A DNA stretch of 64,000 nt from an uncultured Planctomycetaceae bacterium (lineage in GTDB: Bacteria; Planctomycetota; Planctomycetia; Planctomycetales; Planctomycetaceae), in assembly GCA_963815195.1 (NCBI GenBank), contig CAWFGE010000023.1, positions 320,001 to 384,000 of the forward strand, given 5' to 3'. Below, piece after piece: positions 54,501 to 64,000 of the stretch (position 1 is the first letter of the stretch; every line of letters begins with the position of its first letter). The notes beneath the pieces were generated by a model. It had not been told where the DNA came from, made no database searches, and saw only the letters and a program-made list of their open reading frames with translations. Position numbers and translations under genes: made by a program.

Positions 54501-57500
54501 CAGCGTCACGCTCGACAGCAACGTCGCCACCACCGGCAGCGGCGGCGGACTGCACATTGCCGACGGCGACGCGAACATCACCGGCGGCACGATCAGCGGC
54601 AACAGCGCCGCGGCGGAAGGCGGCGGGATCTGGAACGGCAGCGGTTCTTTGACTCTCGACGGCGGCACGCTCATCAATAACGACACCGCCAGCGGCATGG
54701 GCGGCGGCGGGATCTTTAACGACAGCGGCACCGTGACCACCTCCTCCACCGTCCGCATCAACACCAACCACGCCGACGGAGCCGACGGATCGGGCGGCGG
54801 CATCTTCAACAACACCGGCGGCACGCTGGCGCTCACGGCCACCACCCTCAGCGGCAATACCGCCAACCGCGCCGGCGGCGGCATCGAAGACAACTCCGGC
54901 ACGGGCGGCGACGTCACCTTGGAAACCGTCACCATCCAGAACAACGTCGCCTCGGGCGACAGCAACGGCCCGGGCAACGGCGGCGGCCTGCACGTGACGG
55001 GCGCGGGCGATGTGACCATCACCGGCGGCACCGTGAACGGGAACAGCGCGGCCTCCGAAGGCGGCGGACTATGGAACGGCACCGGCACGATGACCATCGA
55101 CGGCACCACCATCAACGCCAACACCGCCAGCGGAGACTCCGCAACCGACGGCGGCGGCGGGATCTTCAATAACGGCGGCACGCTGGTCATCGGCGATACG
55201 ACCGCCGTCACCATCTCCGGCAACGTCGCCGGCGGGGCCGCGGCGCGGGCGGCGGGATCTTCAATAGCACCGCCGGCACCGTCACGATCAAAAACGGCAC
55301 AATCAATGGGAACACGGCCGTCAACGGCGGCGGGATCGAAGACGCCTCCGACCAGTCCGGAACCGCCGGCGTCACGCTCACGGGCGTGGCGCTAAACGGC
55401 AACATCGCCTCGGCGAACGGCGGCGGCCTCCACGTCACCGGGGCGGGCGACATCTCCATCACCAACGGCACCGTCAATCTCAACGCCGCGTTTCGGCAAG
55501 GCGGCGGGCTGTGGAACAGCACCGGAACCCTGACCATCACCGGCACCACGCTCAATGCCAATACCGCCAGCGGCACCGCGTCCACCGACGGCGGCGGGGC
55601 GATCTTCAACAACGGCGGCACCCTCGACATCACCGGGGCCACGATCTCTAACAACTTCGCCGACAAAGGCGACGGTGCCGGCGGCGGTATCTTCAACGTG
55701 GCCGGCGGCACATTGACGCTCGACACCAGCGCCCTCACCACTAACCACGCCGACGGCGACGGAGCCGGTCTGCTCAACGACGGCACCGCGACGATCTCCA
55801 ACAGCACGATCGATTTCAACTCCGCCGCCGGTGCGGGCGGAGGGATTTGGAACTCCGGCACGCTCGACCTGACGAACACGACCGTCAGCGGCAACACGGT
55901 GGCGACCGACGGCGGCGGACTGTTCACCGGCACCGGCGACGCCACCATCCAGAACTCGACCATCGCCCGCAACCGCGCCGACGCCAGCGGCGGCGGACTG
56001 GGCACGGGCGGCGGCCTGAATCACGATTCCACCGGCACCGTCACGCTCACGAGCACGCTCGTCGTCACCAACTTCTCCGGCACCGGTTTGACGGACGACG
56101 ACGTGAGCGGCGACGTGACCGGAACGTTCAACCTCGTCGGCGTCGGCACCGGCATGACCGGACTGACCGACGGCACGGACAACAACCAGGTCGGCACAAG
56201 CAGCAGTCCCATCGATCCCAACCTGGGCGCCCTGGAAGACAACGGCGGCCCCACAAAAACCCAGGCCCTGTTGCCGATCAGCCCGGCGATCAATGCAGGC
56301 ACGAGTGCACAAGCTCTGACCACCGACCAGCGCGGCGGCGACTTCGTCCGCAGCTTCGGCGGCGGGACCGACATCGGGGCCTACGAGCTTCAATCCCAGG
56401 CCGGCGACGGCAAGGACATTCTCGTCACCGCTCCGACGTCCGACAGCAGTTCCACGGTCCAGGTCGTCAACGCCTTCACCAATGACCTGCCCCCCCAGCT
56501 TTCGATCGACCCCTACGACGGGGCCACGTTCGCCGGCGGCGTCAACGTCGCGGTCGGCGATGTGAACAAGGATGGGACGCCCAATATCATCACCGGCCCG
56601 GGCCAAGGCGGTGGGCCGCGAATCCGAGTCTTCGACGGCACCGACGGCAGCCTGCTGATGGACTTTTACGCCTTCGACAACCATGACTTCCTCGGCGGCG
56701 TCAACGTCGCCGCGGCCGACTTGGACGGCGACGGCCATGCCGACATCATCGTCGGGGCCGGCGTCACCGGCGGGCCAAACGTCCGCGTCTTCAGCGGGGC
56801 CGATGGCTCGATGACGTTCGACTTCTTCGCCTACGACGCCAGCTTCACCGGCGGCGTTCGCGTGGCCGCGGGCGACATCACCGGCGACGGGACGCCCGAC
56901 ATCATCACCGGAGCCGGCGACGGCGGAACCTCCCATATCCGCGTGTTCGACGGAGCCACCCCGCAGACCGGCGGCGCGGCGGGCACCGACATCAGCTCGG
57001 GATCCAATGGCAATGCCTTGGGGAACTTCTTCGCCTACGCCATGAACTTCGTCGGCGGCGTGTATGTCGCGGCGGGCGATGTCAACGGCGACGGCCAGAT
57101 CGACATCATCACCGGGGCCGGTTCGGGCGGAGGACCCAACGTCCGCGTGTTCGACGGGGCCACCGCCGCTCAGATGGACCAGCCGCTCGGCGACTTTTAC
57201 GCCTACGATCCGAGCTTTTCCGGCGGGGTTCGCGTGGCGGCGAGCGACATCACCGCCGACGGCCGGGCCGACATCATCACCACCCCGGGACCGGGCGGCT
57301 CGCCGAACCTGCGGGCCTTTAACGGCAACAGCGACGGCTCGGTCCTCGCGATCCTCATCCGCGACGCGATTGCCGGCGATTCCGCGAACACCGGCGGCCT
57401 GTCGGTCGCCGGGACGGTCAATCTCGAAAGCACCACCGGCTCATCCCTGCGACTCGCCGACGGCTATGCCCCGACGGGCGATGCACAGCCCGTGAGCCTT

Positions 57501-57950
57501 TCGGATGTCCAACCGGTGTTCGACGCGGCTCTCGCCCGGCTCCAAGCGGCGGGCGTATCCTCCGCTGACATCGCGGCTCTATCGGGCTTGAACCTGCAGG
57601 TCGCCGACCTGCCCGGCGACCAACTGGGCCAAGCCTTGCCGGGGGCGATTGTGCTCGACGTGAACGCGGCGGGCGTCGGCTGGTTTATCGATCCCACGCC
57701 GTCGCTCGACCAAGAGTTCGCGGGACAGGATTTGAACGCCGTCGATCCGAATGCCGCCGGGCGCGTCGATCTGTTGACGGTGCTGTTCCACGAGTTGGCC
57801 CACGAATTGGGCGGCGAGCACACGCCGGCGGGCGATCATCCCGACCTGCTCAACGCCACCCTGATCCCCGGCCAGCGCCGCTTGCCCAGCCCGGAAGATC
57901 TGGACCAGATCTTCGCCAACGACAACCTGCTCGGCGAGGTGTTGAACTAA
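51502..57950 (+). CDS. ~2150-aa secreted surface protein (beta-helix repeats, FG-GAP repeats, C-terminal HExxHxxGxxH); frameshift at ~55240
   Basis: EILEDRTLLS N-terminal motif, GATLGGTGTI autotransporter-like strand, many GGGI(F/W)N repeats, LEDNGGPTKTQAL..DQRG..DIGAYE, VAAGD.NGDG..DII repeats, FHELAHELGGEH. Confidence 0.88.
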
Positions 57951-57984
57951 GCTAAGAAACTGTTTGAGAATCTGAGCCTTTTCC

Positions 57985-58134
57985 CTCGTTCCCAAGCTCC
58001 AGCTTGGGAACGCACTCACGCGAAGCTCCGCTTCGCAACGCGTCCATCATGCGATCGTCTCCGACGGGATGTGAGTCGCGCGACGCTTCACACGTTGCCA
58101 AGCGGAGTTTGGCGACAAGTGCGTTCCGAAGCGG
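57985..58134. repeat. Composite palindromic element (right end truncated)
   Basis: CGTTCCCAAGCT-CC-AGCTTGGGAACG, GCGAAGC-TCC-GCTTCGC, then the degenerate mirror GCCAAGCGGAGTTTGGC..GCGTTCCGAAGC. Confidence 0.75.
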
Positions 58135-58171
58135 CGGCAGCAATTCTGTCGCCGCTTCGCGGTTTTCTACA

Positions 58172-60157
58172 TTAACGGAAGCGGCTCAATGCGCGGAACT
58201 CGCGGTTGGGAACCCACAGGTGCATCTCGATCGCATCCTTCTCGACGCCCAAAGAAAGCGACGTCACCTCGGACGTGGTCGGGGCTTCGGCCGGAGCTTC
58301 GAAAAACTGCTGCAGGTTGATGTGGAACTCCGCGCGGCGGCCGGGCGGAGCACGGCGGTGAAACTCGGCGAGCCTCGGATGCTCAGGCAATCCGGGGCGG
58401 CGTTTCTTGAGATTGACGAGCGCGGCTTCAAATAAGTCCGTGTTCGACCCCAACAGCGCGACGATGTGTTTGTCCTGCACGGCAATGCGGATTTTCGACC
58501 AGTCCGGCCCGAAGGCGTGCCTAAGTTTCGATGCCGCCTTTTCGGATTTTTCATCGAGGTCCATTTTCAGAATGTCGACGGCGAGACCTTGCCGGGTTTC
58601 GGCCTTGGGAAAATCGCCCCAGCGGACCGAGAGGTTCTCGAGCAGGGTTTGCGAGAACACATCCTCGTGCCGGGCTTCGATCGAGCTTTTAATCCGCAGC
58701 CGAATCCGCCGGGCCCGCGCGACGACCTCCGCATCTTTGGACTGGAGGGCTTTGTTCAAATACGGCAGGGCCGGCGGTCCGATCAGGCTGAGTTTGAGCG
58801 TCGCCGACTGCCGGACCCGGAAGTTGGGATCGCCCAGCTCTTTGATGAGCTTTTTCACGGTGGCCACATCGTCGGCTTGGGCGTGTTCGCCGTCGAGTTT
58901 GAGTTCGCCGGGACTCGCAAACCGCGCGAGTTGCCGCATCTCCTTGAGAAACTCCTCCGGGTCGTCGGCGTCCAGAATCGCGACCATGCTGAAGAGGCCG
59001 TCGGCGGGATCCTCGTTGCGGTACACCGCGAGCCGGCTGCCTTTTAGCCGCTGCCAGACTTCATCGAACAGCCCCACAAAATTCGGTCGCTCGGCCAGGT
59101 TGATGAGTTTTTTCTCCTCGATCCAAAAGTCGTATGTGGAACCCAATATCCCCCGCACGAGCGCCAAATTCTGGGCCCCGTCGCTTTGGACCGCTTGGGC
59201 GGCGATGAGATCGCCTGAGGGCAAACCGTCGAGCGCCGAATGCTCCCCGCCGCTTCCAAGCAGAGCGAGCAGTTTGCGGGCCGCGGGATGCTCGCCGGGG
59301 CGGAAGATCGTCTGGAAGTTGAACTCGAACCCCGCTTCATCAATCGCCACGGCGACCAGCAGGTTCTGGATATCGGGCAAACAGTCGGCGATGAGCCCGA
59401 TCGCCTCGGAACTCAGGCCGGTTTTGGGGTCGACTTCCTGATCCTTCATTTTTTCCGCGCGGGCCTTGGCGTCCGCGACGACCTTGGCCCAGCTCGGCCC
59501 CCAAGGCGTGGTGCCCAGATGGAGCAGCATGTCCGACCGCCCGACCCGCTCCCGCTGGTTCGCGGTGAGCACTTCGGACAGCCGTTTGCCCTTCGCCACG
59601 CTGAGAATTGCCCGCTCGTTTCTCCCCAAATACAAATGGTTGCCCCGCACATACACGAGACCGAACTCGAACGCCCGGTTTCTTCCATTGGAGATCTTGA
59701 TGATTTTTTCGGGCTGGAGTTCGCCCTTCTTCAAGTGGAAATTGGCGGCCATCTCATCGCGATCCTTAAAAGCCACGGCCACGACGAGCAGGTTGAGAAA
59801 ATCATCGAACTCGCGCGGATGGAGCGCGCGGGCCTCGATCATATTCGCCACAAAAATGCCCGCGGGCTGGCTGTCGTCTCGGCCCTTGTCGATCCCCAGG
59901 AAATGGAAGGCCATCGTAAACAGAGCCGACGGGCGAAAGCCGAATTGTCTTTGAAATTCCTGCGCCAACCCCGTGTTTTTAATAAACACATCGCCCTGGT
60001 CTTTGAGCTCGTCCAGGTTTTGAATCGCAAAACCCGCGGCGGAGTTGATGGGAATCAAATCGAGCGCGGTCTTCACTTCCGCCGGCCTATCCGCCGCCGA
60101 AAGCGAAGCCGACCCCGACCAAAACACCAAAACCGCGCAGCACACCGCTCGAAACAT
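58172..60157 (-). CDS. Secreted protein with HEAT-like repeat
   Basis: GGGAGG RBS; signal peptide MFRAVCCAVLVFWSGSASLSA|A; LIKELGDPNFRVRQSAT..L..IGPPALPYL..ALQSKDAEVVARA. Confidence 0.8.
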   Translation of the reverse strand: MFRAVCCAVLVFWSGSASLSAADRPAEVKTALDLIPINSAAGFAIQNLDELKDQGDVFIKNTGLAQEFQRQFGFRPSALFTMAFHFLGIDKGRDDSQPAGIFVANMIEARALHPREFDDFLNLLVVAVAFKDRDEMAANFHLKKGELQPEKIIKISNGRNRAFEFGLVYVRGNHLYLGRNERAILSVAKGKRLSEVLTANQRERVGRSDMLLHLGTTPWGPSWAKVVADAKARAEKMKDQEVDPKTGLSSEAIGLIADCLPDIQNLLVAVAIDEAGFEFNFQTIFRPGEHPAARKLLALLGSGGEHSALDGLPSGDLIAAQAVQSDGAQNLALVRGILGSTYDFWIEEKKLINLAERPNFVGLFDEVWQRLKGSRLAVYRNEDPADGLFSMVAILDADDPEEFLKEMRQLARFASPGELKLDGEHAQADDVATVKKLIKELGDPNFRVRQSATLKLSLIGPPALPYLNKALQSKDAEVVARARRIRLRIKSSIEARHEDVFSQTLLENLSVRWGDFPKAETRQGLAVDILKMDLDEKSEKAASKLRHAFGPDWSKIRIAVQDKHIVALLGSNTDLFEAALVNLKKRRPGLPEHPRLAEFHRRAPPGRRAEFHINLQQFFEAPAEAPTTSEVTSLSLGVEKDAIEMHLWVPNREFRALSRFR

Positions 60158-60243
60158 GGCCCCCTCCCGCGTGAAAAGAACTCCGGCCGTCCGGGATGTT
60201 ATACCAGCCTGATGCGAAGCCCGTTTCAAAGAAATCCGGCCCT

Positions 60244-60273
60244 TTGACAGTCGATGGCCGCGTGTGCTGTAAT
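60244..60273 (+). promoter_or_regulatory. Sigma70-like promoter of recJ
   Basis: TTGACA-N18-TGTAAT with extended -10 TG. Confidence 0.5.
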
Positions 60274-60275
60274 AA

Positions 60276-60334
60276 TGGAGCGGCGGCATCTTGCCGCCGT
60301 CGGTTAATCTCGGCGGCTGGAAGCCGCCGCTACA
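60276..60334. repeat. GTAG-type REP doublet in the recJ leader
   Basis: TGGAGCGGCGGCATCTTGCCGCCG ... CGGCGGCTGGAAGCCGCCGCTACA. Confidence 0.8.
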
Positions 60335-60361
60335 AATCCCTCCGAAAGAAAGCTCCCCTTC

Positions 60362-62107
60362 ATGGCCAAAGCGTGGCGGTTTTGCCCGCATGATGAATCG
60401 CTGGTGATGCAGTTGTGCCGGGACTTGCGCGTGGCCCCGCTCACGGCTCAGGTGCTGGTCGCCCGCGATTTGCATTCGGTGACTGAAGCGCGGGAATTTC
60501 TCGATGCGAAGCTCGTCGATCTGCACGAACCGGAACTGTTGCCGGGCATCAGCGAAGCCGCCGACCGCGTGGTGTCGGCGATCAACGCGGGGCGGCCGAT
60601 CACGATTTTCGGCGATTACGATGTGGACGGCGTCACCGCGACGAGCCTCCTCTGGTACTGCCTGAAGCTCGCCGGCGCGAATGTGGATTACTACATCCCC
60701 TGCCGAATCAACGAAGGCTACGGCCTCAATTGCGATGCGATGCGGGAGCTTTCAGAAAACGGAACAGGCCGGCTGGTGGTCAGTGTGGATTGCGGCATCG
60801 CCAACCTCAAGGAAGCCGCGCTCGCCCGCGAGTTGGGTCTGGAACTCATCATCACCGATCATCACCAGTTCCGCGAGGAACTGCCCGACGCCGCGTGCCT
60901 GGTGCACCCGCGCTTGCCGGGCGGGACCTACCCGTTCGGCCAACTCTGCGGCGCGGGGGTGGCGTTCAAGCTCGCCTGGGCCATCTGCCAGCGGCTGGGC
61001 GACGGCAAAAAAGCCACGCCCCGCATGCGGGAGTTTTTGTTGAGCGCGGTCGGCCTCGCCGCGATCGGCACGGTGGCCGACGTGGTGCCGCTGTTGGGCG
61101 AGAACCGCGTGTTGGTGCGGTATGGCCTCCGGAGCCTCGCCGAGCGGGCCAGCATTGGCATGCAAGCTTTGATGCACGTCTCGGGCATCGAACACGGCCG
61201 GCTGCTCGATGCGGAGGACGTGGCCTTCAAACTCGCCCCGCGGATCAACGCGGCCGGGCGGTTGGAGCAGGGCCGGCTCGCGGTGGAACTCTTGACGACC
61301 GACAACCGCGAGCGGGCTTTGCAACTCGCGTCGTATTTCGAGGAACTCAACAAAAACCGCCGCACCGCCGAGCGGCGAATCTTCAAACAGGCCAAGGAAC
61401 TTATCGAGGAACATCCCGAATGGCAAGAAGCCCCCGGGCTCGTGGTGGCCTCCCAGGGCTGGCACGCGGGAGTGATCGGCATCGTCGCCAACCGCGTCGT
61501 CGACCACTTTGAAAAACCGACGCTGCTGCTCAATATCTCTTCGGACGGAACAACGGCCGGCGGGTCGGGGCGGTCTTTTGCGGGGTTCGATCTTTTGGCC
61601 GGTTTGGAGGCTTGCTCCGATCTGCTCTTGAGCTTCGGCGGGCATCACGCGGCGGCGGGGGTTCGCGTGAGTCTGGAAAACCTCGACGCCTTCCGCGAGC
61701 GGTTTTGCGAATACGTTGCAGAACATCACCGGCCCTCCGAGCTCGAGTTTGCCATGCGGATCGATGCCGAGGTCCGGCTGGCCGATGTCACGCACCGGGC
61801 GGTGAAGGAACTCGATCGGCTCGGCCCGTTCGGTCAGGGCAACCCGAAGCCCGTGTTCGCGGCCACGCATGTCGAACTCGCCGGCCCGCCGCGCACGATG
61901 GGCGAAGGCGACCGGCATCTGGATTTGCGAATCCGGCAACACAACGTCACGCTGCGGGCGATTGCCTTCGGACGCGCCGAATGGGCCGAGGAAATCGCCA
62001 ACGTCAATGGCCCGATCTCCGTCGGTTTCACCGCCGGCATCAACCGCTTTCGCGGCCGCGAATCGGTCGAACTCTTCCTCCAGGACTGGCAGCCGGAAGC
62101 GTCATAG
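60362..62107 (+). CDS. recJ: ssDNA exonuclease RecJ
   Basis: GDYDVDG, EGYGL, VDCG, TDHH, GTVADVVPL, PRINAAGR, GGHHAAAG, PFGQGNP. Confidence 0.96.
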   Translation: MAKAWRFCPHDESLVMQLCRDLRVAPLTAQVLVARDLHSVTEAREFLDAKLVDLHEPELLPGISEAADRVVSAINAGRPITIFGDYDVDGVTATSLLWYCLKLAGANVDYYIPCRINEGYGLNCDAMRELSENGTGRLVVSVDCGIANLKEAALARELGLELIITDHHQFREELPDAACLVHPRLPGGTYPFGQLCGAGVAFKLAWAICQRLGDGKKATPRMREFLLSAVGLAAIGTVADVVPLLGENRVLVRYGLRSLAERASIGMQALMHVSGIEHGRLLDAEDVAFKLAPRINAAGRLEQGRLAVELLTTDNRERALQLASYFEELNKNRRTAERRIFKQAKELIEEHPEWQEAPGLVVASQGWHAGVIGIVANRVVDHFEKPTLLLNISSDGTTAGGSGRSFAGFDLLAGLEACSDLLLSFGGHHAAAGVRVSLENLDAFRERFCEYVAEHHRPSELEFAMRIDAEVRLADVTHRAVKELDRLGPFGQGNPKPVFAATHVELAGPPRTMGEGDRHLDLRIRQHNVTLRAIAFGRAEWAEEIANVNGPISVGFTAGINRFRGRESVELFLQDWQPEAS

Positions 62108-62165
62108 CGAACGAGGGAGATGAAATCCTCTGGAATTGAAAAACATCCCAGGGACCGATTCTCCG

Positions 62166-62855
62166 TTACTCCATTGTGCCGGCGGCAACCTCATGGAGTG
62201 GAAGCGGGCCGCGGGTCTCGCCGGTTTGTTTCGCTTGATAGACGAGGTCGTTTGTCACATCGAACGCGGTCAGGTACTGGCCGCCGCAGCACCATGTGTC
62301 GATGCACACCCAGCCGGGGATCACGAGCGGTTCGCCTTGGACCAGGCTGGTGTGTCCGCAAATCACGCGGCGGCCGTCTTCGCGGGGCGGTTCGTCGCCC
62401 GTGAGTCGCGACCACCTGAGCCAATCCGCGGACTGGTCGGCCAACTTCACGCCGGGCTCCAGGCTCGCGTGGACGAAGATTTCGGATTCGGTTTCAAAAT
62501 AGTCCCGGCCCGCTTTCAGAAATTCCCAATGCCGTTCGGGAACCCTGTCGAAGCCGCCGCCGTAGGACTCGAGCGTCTGCCGGCCGCCGTATCGCAGCCA
62601 GGCCCGTTCCATGCTGCCGCCGCCCTGGGATTGCAGCATCATCTCTTCGTGGTTTCCCAGGAGAAACACGAGCTTGTTAGACCGTTGAAGGTCCAGCAGG
62701 AGATCGACGGCCTGTTTTGTGCCCGGTCCGCGATCGACGACATCTCCGAGGACCACGAGCGTATCGCCCGCGGCGAGCGTCAGCGATTCCAGCAATCGCT
62801 CGAGTGCAATATGGCATCCGTGAATATCGCCGATGGCAATGGTGCGGTCAGGCAT
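62166..62855 (-). CDS. Metallophosphoesterase (PPP-like Ser/Thr phosphatase)
   Basis: GDIHG, GDVVDRG, GNHE, FVHA, GHT motifs. Confidence 0.92.
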   Translation of the reverse strand: MPDRTIAIGDIHGCHIALERLLESLTLAAGDTLVVLGDVVDRGPGTKQAVDLLLDLQRSNKLVFLLGNHEEMMLQSQGGGSMERAWLRYGGRQTLESYGGGFDRVPERHWEFLKAGRDYFETESEIFVHASLEPGVKLADQSADWLRWSRLTGDEPPREDGRRVICGHTSLVQGEPLVIPGWVCIDTWCCGGQYLTAFDVTNDLVYQAKQTGETRGPLPLHEVAAGTME

Positions 62856-62861
62856 GAGAGT

Positions 62862-63992
62862 TCAGTCCTTTGGACGATCCGGAGGTTGGACGGGTTGTGC
62901 GGCATCGGCCTCGAATCCGCACCATCGCCCGTGGATGTAAACATCTCCCCCCAGCGTTTGAATTTCCAAGTCTGTAAGTTGGGCGCGTTCGGGAATCCGC
63001 TCGAGGCCAGCGCCCCGCATCGGCGTGGGAGAATTCGCGCCGCCGACAATTTTCGGAGCGATAAAAACGTGCACCTCATCGATCGATGCCGCATCGAAAA
63101 AACTCCCCAAAAGCATCTCGCCGCCTTCCACCAAAACGTTCGTCAGTTTCCGCGCGCCGAGTTCCTGTAACAGCGCGGAGACATCCACCATCCCCGTTTC
63201 GCATTGTGGCAACCGCAGGACCTCCACGCCGGCTTTTTCCAACGCGGCGGCGTTTCGGGGGTCGGCTTCGTCGGTGGCGGCAATCAGGACGGGGGCTTCT
63301 TCAAGAGTTTGCACCAACCGCGAAGCGACAGGCGTTTTTGCGAACCGGTCCACAACAATTCGCAAGGGCATGCGGGGACCCGGCGGACGGGCGGTGAGCC
63401 GGGGGTCGTCGGCCCGCTGAGTTCCCGCGCCGACGAGGATCGCATCCATCCGGCCGCGAAGGTCGTGCGCGATCCGCCGGGACTCCGGGCCGGAAATCCA
63501 TTGGGAATGCCCGCAGCGGCTGGCGATCTTGCCGTCGAGCGTCATCGCCCACTTGGCGTGCACGAAGGGCCGGCCTTGTGTCACCAACATGGCGAACGGG
63601 GCGATCAATTTCGCGGCGTCTTCTTCCAAGAGGCCGACCTCCACTTGAAGGCCCGCTTCGCGAAGTTCCGCGATGCCGCCGCCCGCCGCGTGCGGCGCGG
63701 GATCGGTTGTGCCGACGACGACGCGGTTGAGGCCCGCCGCCAAAATCGCCCGCGTGCACGGCGGGGTCTTGCCGTGATGGCAACAGGGTTCCAGCGTGAC
63801 GTAAATTGTCGCGCCATTTGCACGACCGCCGGCTTGGCGAATGGCATGGACTTCCGCGTGCGGCCCGCCGAATTTTTCGTGAAAGCCTTCGCCGAGCAGT
63901 TCGCCGGTGTGACCAATGATGACAGCCCCCACGGGTGGATTCGGTTCGACAAAGCCCACGCCGCGCCGAGCCAATTCCAGCGCACGCGACAT
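62862..63992 (-). CDS. ribD: Riboflavin biosynthesis deaminase/reductase RibD (true start may lie just beyond the window)
   Basis: PNPPVGAV, HAE, TLEPCCHHGKTPPC, KWAMTLDG, VEGG. Confidence 0.96.
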   Translation of the reverse strand: MSRALELARRGVGFVEPNPPVGAVIIGHTGELLGEGFHEKFGGPHAEVHAIRQAGGRANGATIYVTLEPCCHHGKTPPCTRAILAAGLNRVVVGTTDPAPHAAGGGIAELREAGLQVEVGLLEEDAAKLIAPFAMLVTQGRPFVHAKWAMTLDGKIASRCGHSQWISGPESRRIAHDLRGRMDAILVGAGTQRADDPRLTARPPGPRMPLRIVVDRFAKTPVASRLVQTLEEAPVLIAATDEADPRNAAALEKAGVEVLRLPQCETGMVDVSALLQELGARKLTNVLVEGGEMLLGSFFDAASIDEVHVFIAPKIVGGANSPTPMRGAGLERIPERAQLTDLEIQTLGGDVYIHGRWCGFEADAAQPVQPPDRPKD

Positions 63993-64000
63993 GGCCGAAA

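Overview
GC-rich bacterial chromosome segment, almost certainly Planctomycetota (DUF1559 prepilin, DUF1549/DUF1553 cytochrome protein, LExLExRxLL-type secreted giant protein). 864-19017 is a type IV filament / T2SS-like locus: secretin, PilM/N/O-like proteins, platform protein, MshEN-bearing ATPase, a major pilin and four minor pilins, one with a carbohydrate-binding-module-like domain. Its own signalling genes are interleaved (STAS, histidine kinase, single-domain receiver, HD-GYP, GGDEF) and it ends in an Arg-rich microprotein. The rest is mostly housekeeping (RluA-family synthase, dprA, aroB, RidA, metK, waaA, secA, tRNA-Leu, recJ, ribD) plus a PAS hybrid kinase, a kinase/GT4/TPR-methyltransferase operon, an SF1 helicase, an asparaginase and a ~2150-aa surface protein. 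About ten different REP-like palindrome families occur. One sits in frame inside waaA, and two bracket a HicAB-like islet that is flanked by a duplicated waaA 5' end. Seventeen apparent frameshifts, including in secA and waaA, are most likely long-read consensus errors, so split genes are reported as single CDSs. All family calls come from motif recognition by eye; no database search was run.
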